NCBI RefSeq assembly: GCF_000008565.1
Contig: NC_001263.1
Span: 2,413,347-2,445,346 of the forward strand
Reading direction: 5' to 3'
DNA length: 32,000 nt
Origin: Deinococcus radiodurans R1 = ATCC 13939 = DSM 20539
GTDB taxonomy: Bacteria > Deinococcota > Deinococci > Deinococcales > Deinococcaceae
Positions 10,946 through 18,694 of this stretch are shown in pieces. Numbering within the stretch: the first letter of the stretch is position 1; the number at the start of each line of letters is the position of its first letter. The position numbers and the translations under genes are program-made. Below the pieces are notes generated by a model that made no database searches, was not told the origin of the DNA, and was given only the letters and a program-made list of their open reading frames with translations.

Positions 10946-11388
10946 GCTTGTCCAGCACCCGGACCATCGAGATTCTGCTCGTCGAGGACAGCGAGCCCGA
11001 CATTCTGCTGACCGAGGAAGCCTTCTCGGAGGCGCGAGTGCCCAACCGGCTGCACATCGTCCGTGACGGTGAAGAAGCCCTGCAATTTCTGCGCCGCGAG
11101 GGCGAGCACGCCCAGGCCCCGCGCCCCGACGTGATTCTGATGGACATCAACATGCCGCGCAAAAACGGCCTGGAAGTGCTGGAGGAAATCAAGGCCGACG
11201 CCGACCTGCGCTCGATTCCGGTGCTGATTCTGACCACCAGCCAGGCCGAGGACGACGTGCGCCGCTCGTACTCGGGCCACGCCAGCAGCTACGTGGTCAA
11301 GCCAGTGGGCTTCGAGAATTTCCTCCAGGCCATTCGCGCCTTCGAGGACTTCTGGCTGACCTTCGTGCGCTTTCCGCCGCGCGGCTGA
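10942..11388 (+). CDS. Single-domain (receiver-only) response regulator, Rcp1/phytochrome-associated type
   Basis: Motifs are ILLVEDSEPD, VILMDINMPRKNG and SSYVVKPV. The GTG start overlaps the kinase TGA (GTGA), which implies translational coupling. Confidence 0.88.
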   Translation: MSLSSTRTIEILLVEDSEPDILLTEEAFSEARVPNRLHIVRDGEEALQFLRREGEHAQAPRPDVILMDINMPRKNGLEVLEEIKADADLRSIPVLILTTSQAEDDVRRSYSGHASSYVVKPVGFENFLQAIRAFEDFWLTFVRFPPRG

Positions 11389-11422
11389 GACTCCGTAGGT
11401 AAGAAAGAGCGCGCAGGTCGGC

Positions 11423-11962
11423 TTAGCCCGCCTGCATCGCCGTCAGCACATTCTGGAAATGCTCGTCGAGGTCCACGCCCAGTTCCTCGGCCCCTTGCCG
11501 CACCTCGTCGCGGTTGACGCCCGCCGCGAAGCCCTTGTTCTTGAAGCGCTTTTTCAGGCTGCTCAGCTCGACGCCCCTGACGTCCTTGTCAGGGCGAATC
11601 AGCGCGGCGGCCTGAATCAGCCCGGTCAGTTCGTCCACCGCAAAAAGCGTCTGGGCGAGGCGGGTGGTGCGCGGCGTGCCGGTGTAGGCGGCGTGGCCCA
11701 TGATCGCGTCGAGGATTTCAGGCGAGGCGTCGGTGCGCTCGCGCAGGTAGGTCACGCCCCAGGTGGGGTGCTCCTCCGGGTGCAGCTCGTAGTCGAAGTC
11801 GTGCAGCAGGCCCGTCACCGCGTAGGTCTCCTCGTCCTCGCCCCAGTGCCGGGCGTACCAGCGCATCGCCGTTTCCACGTTGAGCATGTGGCGCTGAAGC
11901 GACTCCGACGGCGTGTGTTCGAGCATCAGCGCGTAGGCCTCATCACGGTTCATGGCGGCCAT
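11423..11962 (-). CDS. HD-domain metal-dependent phosphohydrolase
   Basis: HMLNVETAM...VTGLLHDFDYE carries the H...HD motif. The start is set at an internal ATG (11962; an alternative is 11953). The upstream extension to 12040 would run into the mscL promoter and start. Confidence 0.7.
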   Translation of the reverse strand: MAAMNRDEAYALMLEHTPSESLQRHMLNVETAMRWYARHWGEDEETYAVTGLLHDFDYELHPEEHPTWGVTYLRERTDASPEILDAIMGHAAYTGTPRTTRLAQTLFAVDELTGLIQAAALIRPDKDVRGVELSSLKKRFKNKGFAAGVNRDEVRQGAEELGVDLDEHFQNVLTAMQAG

Positions 11963-12043
11963 TATCGTGGTCCGGCGCCGAGTCGTAAGGAAGAGACCTG
12001 AATGTAAGGAAGCTGACACCTCAAACATGACATACTTCACGTC

Positions 12044-12430
12044 ATGTTGAATGGCTTTCGGGATTTCATTTTACGTGGCAATGTGGTTGATCTGGCGGTC
12101 GGTGTGGTCATCGGCGCGGCCTTTAACAATGTGGTGGCGGCCTTTACCAAGGCGTTTCTCGACCCGCTGATTCGCCTGGCGACGGGCGGACACGGCAAAG
12201 TGGCGGGCACCTTCGCGGTCAACGGCATTACGTTCGACTGGGGCACCTTCGTTTCCACCCTCATCAACTTCCTGCTGACCGCCGCCGTGCTGTACTTCTT
12301 CGTCGTCATGCCCATGAACGCGGCGACTGAGCGCCTCAAGCGCAGCGAAAAGGCCGCCGAAGCTGAGCCCAGCAACGAAGAAAAGCTGCTGGCCGAAATC
12401 CGCGACGCGGTGAGAAGCCGCCCGCTCTGA
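12044..12430 (+). CDS. mscL: Large-conductance mechanosensitive channel
   Basis: MLNGFRDFILRGNVVDLAVGVVIGAAFNNVVAAFTKAFLDPLI is the canonical MscL N-terminus and TM1. The length of 128 aa fits the family. Confidence 0.92.
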   Translation: MLNGFRDFILRGNVVDLAVGVVIGAAFNNVVAAFTKAFLDPLIRLATGGHGKVAGTFAVNGITFDWGTFVSTLINFLLTAAVLYFFVVMPMNAATERLKRSEKAAEAEPSNEEKLLAEIRDAVRSRPL

Positions 12431-12440
12431 GGTTTCCTCA

Positions 12441-12478
12441 GCGAAAAAGCCCCAGCCTGTGCGCCGGGGCTTTTTCGC
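12441..12478. terminator. Bidirectional intrinsic terminator between convergent mscL and the carboxypeptidase gene
   Basis: The inverted repeat gcgaaaaagcccc (12441-12453) / ggggctttttcgc (12466-12478) is a perfect 13-bp match with a 12-nt loop. It gives a GC stem flanked by an A-run and a T-run, so a U-tract follows on either strand. Confidence 0.8.
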
Positions 12479-12496
12479 TTGTGGGGTCTTGTGGGA

Positions 12497-14008
12497 TTAG
12501 ACGCCGTACAACTCGCCGTATTTCCCGCGCAGGTACTTCAGGTACGGCCCGGCGGTGAGCGCTTGCCCCGTCGCCCGCTCGATCAGTTCGCCGGGTGTCC
12601 AGCGGCGGCCATGCCGGTAGACATTCTCCCGCAGCCAGCCGTGCAGGCGCGAGAAGTCCTTGCGGGCGAAGTCGGCCTCCAGCCCAGGGTTGGCGGCCTC
12701 GGCAGCGGCGTAGAACTGCGCGCTCAGCACGTTGCCGATGGTGTAGCCCTGAAACGACCCGCCGATGGGTCCGAAGTACCAGTGCACGTCCTGCAAGGCG
12801 CCGTCCACATCGCTCGGGGCCCGCAGGCCGAGGTTCTGCTCGTAGGCGGCGTGCCAGGCGTCCGCGAGGTCGCGCACGGCGAGCTTGCCCGCCAACATCT
12901 CGCGCTCCAGCTCGAAGCGGGTAATCACGTGCAGGTTGTAGGTCAGCTCGTCGGCGTCGGTACGAATCAGCGAGCGCGAGACGGTGTTGACGGCGCGGTA
13001 CATCTCCTCCTCGGTCACGCCCGCGAGCTGCTCGGGGAAGGTGTCGCGCCAGTCACCGAAGTAGGCGGCCCAGAACGCCCGCGAGCGGCCCACCAGGTTT
13101 TCCCACAGCCGCGACTGGCTCTCGTGGACCCCGGCACTCACGCCCCCGCCGAGCGGCGTGCCCAGAAACGCCGCGTCCACGCCCTGTTCGTAGAGCGCGT
13201 GCCCGGCTTCGTGCAGGGTGGAATACAGCGCGTCGGTGGGGTCTTGCTCCTTGACACGGGTGGTAATCCGCACGTCGTGGCCGCCCAGCCGGGTCATGAA
13301 GGGGTGGTGGGTGAGGTCCTGGCGGCCCCGGCGAAAGTCGTACCCGTAGTCGCGGATGACCCGTTCCCCGAAGGCGAGCTGCCGCTCCTGCGCGAAGCCC
13401 CGGCCCAGAAAGTCGGTGCGCGGCGCCCCGGCGGCAATCACGGCGTCGGCCAGCGGCACCAGCGCGGCGCGCAGCTCGGCGAAGACCTGCCCCACCTGCT
13501 CGGCGGTCATGCCCTCGTCGGACTCGTTGATGTAGTAGTCCAGCGGGTCGCCGAACTCGGGAAAATAGCTCGCGGCCTGGAGGCTCAGGTCGAGCGTCTT
13601 TTCGAGGTACGGCACCATGCGCCCGAAATCGTTGGCGGGTCGGGCCTCGGTCCACGCGCTGTAGCTCTGGCCCACATGCCCGCTGAACTCGCGCACGAAC
13701 TCGGCGGGAATGCGGGTGGCTTTTTCGAAGTCCTGGCGGGCGACCTGCACCATGCGGGCCTGTTCGGGCGACAGGTCGCTGCGGCTGGACGCGGCGTCGA
13801 GCAGCTTGCCGTACCCGGCGTCGGTGGCGCGGGCGTGGCGCAGCCCGGCGAGCAGGCTCTGCTGGCGGGCGCGGTCCTCGGCGGCCCCGGCAGGGAGAAA
13901 GGTGCTCTGGTCCCAGCCGAGCAAGGCTTCGATGCCCCCGAAGTCGGCGAGTTCCTGCCAGTGCTCGGTGAGCTGCTGCCACTGGGTGTCTTGTCGGGTT
14001 GTGGTCAT
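12497..14008 (-). CDS. M32 family metallocarboxypeptidase (Taq-type)
   Basis: The HEAGHALYEQG zinc motif is present with HESQSRLWEN, DVHW and IRTDADELTYNLH, all characteristic M32 blocks. The ORF is 503 aa. Confidence 0.9.
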   Translation of the reverse strand: MTTTRQDTQWQQLTEHWQELADFGGIEALLGWDQSTFLPAGAAEDRARQQSLLAGLRHARATDAGYGKLLDAASSRSDLSPEQARMVQVARQDFEKATRIPAEFVREFSGHVGQSYSAWTEARPANDFGRMVPYLEKTLDLSLQAASYFPEFGDPLDYYINESDEGMTAEQVGQVFAELRAALVPLADAVIAAGAPRTDFLGRGFAQERQLAFGERVIRDYGYDFRRGRQDLTHHPFMTRLGGHDVRITTRVKEQDPTDALYSTLHEAGHALYEQGVDAAFLGTPLGGGVSAGVHESQSRLWENLVGRSRAFWAAYFGDWRDTFPEQLAGVTEEEMYRAVNTVSRSLIRTDADELTYNLHVITRFELEREMLAGKLAVRDLADAWHAAYEQNLGLRAPSDVDGALQDVHWYFGPIGGSFQGYTIGNVLSAQFYAAAEAANPGLEADFARKDFSRLHGWLRENVYRHGRRWTPGELIERATGQALTAGPYLKYLRGKYGELYGV

Positions 14009-14037
14009 AGCCAGAGAGTAGCCGTAAAGTGACCACT

Positions 14038-14057
14038 CCCCGCGATGAATCGCAGGG
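14038..14057 (-). other. Subterminal hairpin just 3' of tnpB (candidate right-end / omega-RNA terminal stem)
   Basis: The minus strand reads CCCUGCGA-UUCA-UCGCGGGG, an 8-bp stem with one U-G pair that is only good on the tnpB-sense strand. It begins 5 nt after the tnpB stop. Confidence 0.4.
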
Positions 14058-14061
14058 CTTC

Positions 14062-15197
14062 TCAGGCGACGGCATGCGAGACCCCGCTACCGTTGACACC
14101 TGAAGGGACGGCCCGTCCCAAGATGTTCTTTGCCGCGTTCCAGTCGGCATGGTCTTCATGCCCACAGGAAACGCACTTGAACACCTCGTTATTTCGGTTC
14201 TCCCGACAGGTATGCCCGCAAGCATGGCAGCGCTGCGAGGTGTACTGAGGGGGAACCCGAACCACCACGCGGCCAGCACTTTCAGCCTTGCCGCGCAGGA
14301 TGTCGAAGAACGCACTCCACCCGACATCAGAGATGGAGCGGGCCAAGTTAGACTTGACCACGTTAGATACCCTCAAATCTTCGTGGGCAATCAGGTCGTT
14401 TTCCCGTACCAGCTTAACCGCCACCTTGTGGTGGAAGTCTTGCCTTGAGCGACGAATCTTACGGTGCGTCTTGGCAACCTGCCCCACGGCCTTCCGGCGA
14501 CGGTTCCCGCCCTTCTTGCGACGGGAGACGGTGCGCTGCTGAACGCGCAGCTTTTTCAGGGCGCTCCCCAGGTGCCGGGGGTTATGGACAAACTCGCCGT
14601 CGGAGGTAATGGCGAAGTAGCGCGTTCCCACGTCCACGCCCACCGTGCTACCCGTTTCGGGGAGTGGTTGCACGGGGACTTCGCAGGTGTACACCGCATA
14701 CCATTCGTTCACGTCCAGCACGATTTGCAGTGTCTTAGGCGTCCCCTCCAGCAGGCGGTGAAACTTGCACTTCACTGCGCCGATTTTCGGGATGTTGATG
14801 CGTCGCCCCTCGTCCACAGGCTTGCCAGGGCTGAGCCACTGGCCCTTCTTCTTGTCCCAGACTTACTTGAACTTGAAGCTGTTCCAGCGCTGCCGCGCTT
14901 CACGCGGGCGAAGAAGCCCTTGTATGCCTTGTCCAGCCGGTCCAGCGCGTCTTGCAGGACATGCGAGTAGACCCCGGCATACTCGGGACACTCCGCTTTC
15001 AGGGCGGTGAGTTCCTTTTGCTGGTCGTAGGCCGTGACCGTCTTGCCCTGCTTGCGGTAGGCGACAATCCGCTGTTCCAGGCCAGCGTTGTACAGCGTGC
15101 GGGTGAGGCGCAATGTCTCAAACATCGCGGCCTCCTGGGGATTGGTGGGGTACAGGCGAAAGCGGTACCCCCGGATTTGAGTGGTACTCTCTTGCAT
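14062..15197 (-). pseudogene. tnpB: TnpB (OrfB_IS605 RNA-guided nuclease family), disrupted by a frameshift and an in-frame TAA
   Basis: The N-terminal ORF reads YRFRLYPTNPQEAAMFETLRLTRTLYNAGLEQRI...LDKAYKGFFARVKRG. The C-terminal ORF has RuvC residues (GVDVG, AHEDL, HADWNAAKNI) and a zinc finger (CHACGH...CVSCGH). The frames switch near 14890. The C-frame then reads RWNSFKFK-TAA(14863-14865)-VWDKKKGQWLSPGKPVDEGRRINIPKIG. Confidence 0.85.
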
Positions 15198-15236
15198 GCG
15201 AGGCGGTCTCCAGCCGCTTTGCCACGGTCCCGGCTG

Positions 15237-16245
15237 TTATTGATCGCGTCGTAGATTTGAGTCGATAAGTCGTTGAGGCAGTTCGATATACCGAAGGCGC
15301 TGCCACGCGCTGACCAGTCGCCCTTTGAGTTCAACGATCGAACGCGCACAGAAATTCCCCAACGCATTCCGCTTCACGTATGCCCACACCAGCTCAATCG
15401 GGTTCAATTCCGGGGCGTACGGCGGTAGAAACACCAGTGAGAGGCGTTCGTGGGTCTCCACGAACGCCTGAGTGGCTTTAGATCGATGAATGCCCGCGTT
15501 GTCCAGCACTACCACAAGCTCCCCTTGGATGTGCCGCAGGAGGTGTCGAAAGAACTGAGTGACATCCGTACTCCGAATCGCTCCAGATCTTGTGTTTTGG
15601 AAGAATCGTCCGTCCGAGGTTATTGCCCCGATGGTGGAGAGCTTCTCCCAATTCGCCGGAAGCTTGACCAGGGGCGTCACGCCCCTGGTTCCCCAAGTCC
15701 GCCTTCGCACGCCTTTCAGCGAGAAGCCGACCTCATCCAGATACACTAGGATTGCGCCCTCAGCGACCTTTTTTTTCCAACTCCGGTGCAACCTGTTCTT
15801 TCCAGGATGCGATCCGAAGTTCGTTGCGCTCGGCCGCTCGGCCATCTGGCATCTGGGGCGTAAACCCCAAGCGTCTGAGAATCTTCCGCACGTGGTCGTG
15901 GTGGTACCACACGTCAAAGTGCCGCCCAATCAGGTTGGTGACGCGTAGGGTCGTCCAGGTGTCATCAGGGAAGCCATGGTGCAGGGCGCCCTCCCGCAGG
16001 AAGGTGCGAAGCTGCTCGTGTTGCGTCGCGCTCAGACGTGCAGAAGCGCCACGGGCAACGGTGGCCTGAAGGCCACCGTTACGCTTCAGGCGGGCTTTCC
16101 AGGTGTACACGGTGTGTACCGACACGCCGAAGTGCTGAGCAATCTCTCGGTTTCGATGCGTCCCACGTTCAATCCATTCAAGCGCGGCCAAGCGGCGCTC
16201 CTCAAGCTGAGCGCGGGAATACTGGGCCGGCTGCCATCCGGGCAT
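15237..16245 (-). CDS. IS630-family transposase (OrfA HTH 16245->15760; DDE domain continues in the +1 frame to 15237)
   Basis: OrfA reads RNREIAQHFGVSVHTVYTWKARL...ERNELRIASWKEQVAPELEKKGR*. OrfB reads WKKKVAEGAILVYLDEVGF...VVVLDNAGIH...LPPYAPELNPIELVW (D, D, E with the family's LNPIE motif). Deleting one A from the A8 run gives a single product of about 335 aa. Confidence 0.85.
15769..15776 (-). other. A8 homopolymer at the OrfA/OrfB junction of the IS630 transposase (candidate slippage site)
   Basis: The minus strand reads GAG TTG GAA AAA AAA GGT CGC TGA in the OrfA frame and TGG AAA AAA AAG GTC GCT in the OrfB frame. The two frames overlap exactly at the A-run. Confidence 0.6.
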
Positions 16246-16391
16246 ACGGCCAGCTTACCAATTCATACCTACACCGTTATCAATAGTGCAGCGCGGGGCC
16301 ATTGCTCGTTTAGCTTACCACAGAACCGGAGGCGTCGGCTTGGCCTCCCTGCGGAAGGCGTGCCGCTAGACCCCGCTCTGAAGAACGGGGC

Positions 16392-16869
16392 ATGCGCGTC
16401 ACTTTCTGTCAGGCGATGGCGCCTTTTCTCTGCTGCGCCACGCGCCGGAGAAGGCTGGCGTCACGCTGGAACCCGGCGGGTGGGCGCCGCTGGAGCCGCT
16501 GCTCGCCTCCCTGCGGGTCAGCCTGGCGCGCCCGACGCCATTCGCCGCGAGGGGCTCAGGCCGGTGCACCGCCACCACGTCTCTCTCAGCGCCGACACGG
16601 GCGCGGCGCAGCAGGTGGGAGCGCGGCGCGGACGGGCGGTGGCGCTGGTCGTGGCGACGGGGGCCCTGCGTGAAGCCGGCTACGACTTTTTCCGCTCCGA
16701 CAACGGGGTGTGGCTGACGGACACAGTGCCGCCGGAGTACCTCATACGGTTTCAAATTGAGTCCCGGACATATCCGGGCGCAATTTTGCGCGGAGCGCAT
16801 GGAAAAAATACGGTTCTAAGGAGATGGACGGGCATCCGGCGCCTTTCCGGATGTTCGGGAATCGGGTGA
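16392..16869 (+). pseudogene. kptA: RNA 2'-phosphotransferase (KptA/Tpt1) remnant with an internal deletion, a frameshift and no usable start
   Basis: One frame reads SLLRHAPEKAGVTLEPGGWAPLEPLLASL, the KptA N-terminal LRH motif region, from about 16427. A different frame reads AIRREGLRPVHRHHVSLSADTGAAQQVGARRGRAVALVVATGALREAGYDFFRSDNGVWLTDTVPPEYL, the KptA C-terminal half. About 60 residues that normally separate these two blocks are missing. Confidence 0.6.
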
Positions 16870-16904
16870 AAATTGTATCACTTTTCCGTGACAGGCCCTG
16901 CCGC

Positions 16905-17951
16905 TCAGACTTTGGCGAGAAAGTGCGCGACGATTTCCGCCTCGTCCTCGAACCACCCCTCGGGATGCTCGAGCGCCTCGGACAGCGGCAGCCACGCGGC
17001 AGCGTTCCCAGCAGGCTGAGCGGTCAGCGCGTCCTCCCCCAGCGCGAAGTGAAAGACATACGCCACGATGCGCCCGCGCTGGCTGCGGCCCGGCGCGTCG
17101 AAGATGGCCTGCGCCCGCACGGCGCCCAGCACGGCCCCGGTGTCCAGCCCGGTCTGCTGCCGCACCGCCCGCATGGCGCAGGCGAGCAGCGTTTCCTGCG
17201 GGCCCGGCTCGTCGCCCGGCAGGGTGAGCAGGCCCCGGCCTGGGCGCTCAGCGCGGCGCACGGCGAGGAGCTGCCCCGCGCCGCTCACCACCGCGCCCAC
17301 CGTCAGGCGGGTGGCTGGCGCGGGGGCCACGGCGGAGCGCAGTGCCAGGAACTCGGCCTGCAACTCGGCGTACTCAGGGGTGCGCTGAAAGCCCTCCAGA
17401 AAGGCATGCACGGCGGGCGGCACCATCCCGCGCACGTCGCTCAGGCGGTCTTCAAAGTAGGCGCGGCGCACGTCGGTGGCGTTGAGCGGGCTGACGACGT
17501 GGGTGGGCAGAAACTCCCAGTCAGGAAAAGAGCGGAGGTAATAGCTGCTCTCGTCCTTGATGTGGCCCACGAGCGCCACGTCGCGGCTGCCCCCGGTGTG
17601 CGCCTCCACGCCCGCGCGCACGTCCGCGAGCCAGTGCGCCTCGTCGTACAGAAAGTCGCGGACGTGTACGAAGCGCAGCCGCTGCGGGTCGGCGCCCGCT
17701 TCCGCCAGCATCGCCTCAATCACATCCTGGCGTTCATGCGCCGTCCAGGGATTTTTGGTGGTGCGGGCCGAACGCGCCGAGCCGATGACCACGATGAGGG
17801 TTTGCACCCGCTCCAGCGCTTCGAGCATCACCAGCAGGTGCGCCTGATGCGGCGGCTCGAAACGTCCGATGTAGACGCCGTAGGCTCGGCTTGGGATAGG
17901 GGGAGCAGGCGAGGCGAGGGCCGGGTCGTGCGGTGCGGTCATGTGCTGCAT
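16905..17951 (-). CDS. nadM: Bifunctional-type NMN adenylyltransferase (NadM) fused to a Nudix domain with a degenerate Nudix box
   Basis: [18 protein letters not shown] is the nucleotidyltransferase (H/T)xxH motif, followed by [23 protein letters not shown]. The C-terminal Nudix fold reads [29 protein letters not shown]. The start is set at the ATG at 17951 (an alternative is 17942). The ORF is open up to a GTG at 18077. Confidence 0.8.
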   Translation of the reverse strand: MQHMTAPHDPALASPAPPIPSRAYGVYIGRFEPPHQAHLLVMLEALERVQTLIVVIGSARSARTTKNPWTAHERQDVIEAMLAEAGADPQRLRFVHVRDFLYDEAHWLADVRAGVEAHTGGSRDVALVGHIKDESSYYLRSFPDWEFLPTHVVSPLNATDVRRAYFEDRLSDVRGMVPPAVHAFLEGFQRTPEYAELQAEFLALRSAVAPAPATRLTVGAVVSGAGQLLAVRRAERPGRGLLTLPGDEPGPQETLLACAMRAVRQQTGLDTGAVLGAVRAQAIFDAPGRSQRGRIVAYVFHFALGEDALTAQPAGNAAAWLPLSEALEHPEGWFEDEAEIVAHFLAKV

Positions 17952-18270
17952 GGTGGGGTCCCCACACCTAGTACAGATGAGGCCGCCTTGAGAGGAGTAT
18001 GGAGGCTGGGCTGCCAGGAGCCCAAAGCACTCGGCGAGGCACTTTTGACGCCCCTCCCCCATTCGGGGGGCCGCCACTTGTCAGAACATGACAGGGGTTT
18101 CATAAATAAATCAGTTACGAGCGGTGTAGTCTGGGCTCCATAAAGTCATTTCACACACGCCAGCCAGTGGTGCGCGGACCCCCGTGGTCCTCTCCATCCG
18201 GGTGCGTGGCCTGACAGACCGGGGGCCCGAGAATCAAGCGAGGGCGGCAGCGCCAGGCGGGGAGATTGCC

Positions 18271-18649
18271 ATGTCCAACACCACTCAACACCGTGTCCAC
18301 CTGCTGACCAGCGCCCTTGCCCTGGTGACCCTGCTCGCCAGTTGCGGCGGCCCCCAAGGCGCAGGTGCCCGAGCTGCGGCTGGTCACCACCCCCCGGCGA
18401 CTGCTGCGTGACGGCTCGGTGTTCTTCTTCATCACCAGCCGCGACCACTCGGGCAAGGGGCTGACCCGCACCGAGGTCTTCGTGGACGGCCAGCCCTTCG
18501 TGAACGACGCCGACCAGTACACCTCCTACGGCAAGCACTGCACGCGGCAGAACAACGGCGAACACACCATGCGGGTGGTCGTGACCGACGCGCTGGGCGT
18601 GCAGGCGACCACCGAGCAGACCTTCAATGTGGAGATCGCCAAGCCCTGA
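18271..18649 (+). CDS. Lipoprotein with an Ig-like beta-sandwich domain, split by a frameshift at a C5 run
   Basis: MSNTTQHRVHLLTSALALVTLLASCGGP has a lipobox (LASC) and is preceded by GGGGAG. The second frame continues (K)AQVPELRLVTTPRRLLRDGSVFFFITSRD...EHTMRVVVTDALGVQATTEQTFNVEI. Deleting one C from ccccc (18351-18355) fuses the two frames. Confidence 0.6.
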
Positions 18650-18694
18650 GCAGTCTCCGCCTTCCTCATCTGCCCCCCCGCTACAATCGCCGCC

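Larger units (their letters stand above)
14035..15225 (-). mobile_element. IS200/IS605-family tnpB-only (IS1341-type) element remnant, with its left end interrupted by the IS630 element
   Basis: It contains only a tnpB homologue and no tnpA. GC content is visibly lower than in the flanks. A similar hairpin-forming 20-mer lies on the far side of the IS630 insertion at 16371-16390. The boundaries are approximate. Confidence 0.5.
15226..16300 (-). mobile_element. IS630-family insertion sequence
   Basis: Imperfect terminal inverted repeats of about 35-40 bp are present. The left end at 15226 reads ggtcccggctgttattgatcgcgtcgtag, and the reverse complement of the right end at 16300 reads ggccccgcgctgcactattgataacggtgtag. 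They enclose a two-frame HTH plus DDE transposase. Confidence 0.75.

Noticed and set aside
12479-14032. Very long ORFs opposite recognised genes. Examples are 12479-14032 (+), 26576-28234 (+), 3836-5812 (-), 6587-7858 (+), 8812-10092 (+), 24670-25536 (+), 1795-2679 (-) and 13053-14327 (-).
   Set aside because: Each lies antisense to, or out of frame with, a gene that has clear family motifs. Their translations are Arg/Ala/Gly/Pro-rich low-complexity strings with no motifs, which is the usual stop-codon-poor artefact of GC-rich DNA.
16252-16320. A 9-bp direct repeat agcttacca at 16252-16260 (inside IS630) and 16312-16320 (outside), considered as a possible target-site duplication.
   Set aside because: One copy lies within the element interior to the terminal repeat, so it cannot be a target duplication. 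IS630-family elements duplicate TA. It is likely a chance match.
16833-16853. The hairpin catccgg-cgccttt-ccggatg between the kptA remnant and nadM, considered as a possible terminator.
   Set aside because: The 7-bp stem is perfect, but only TT follows it and it lies inside the open frame of the pseudogene. Its function is not supportable.
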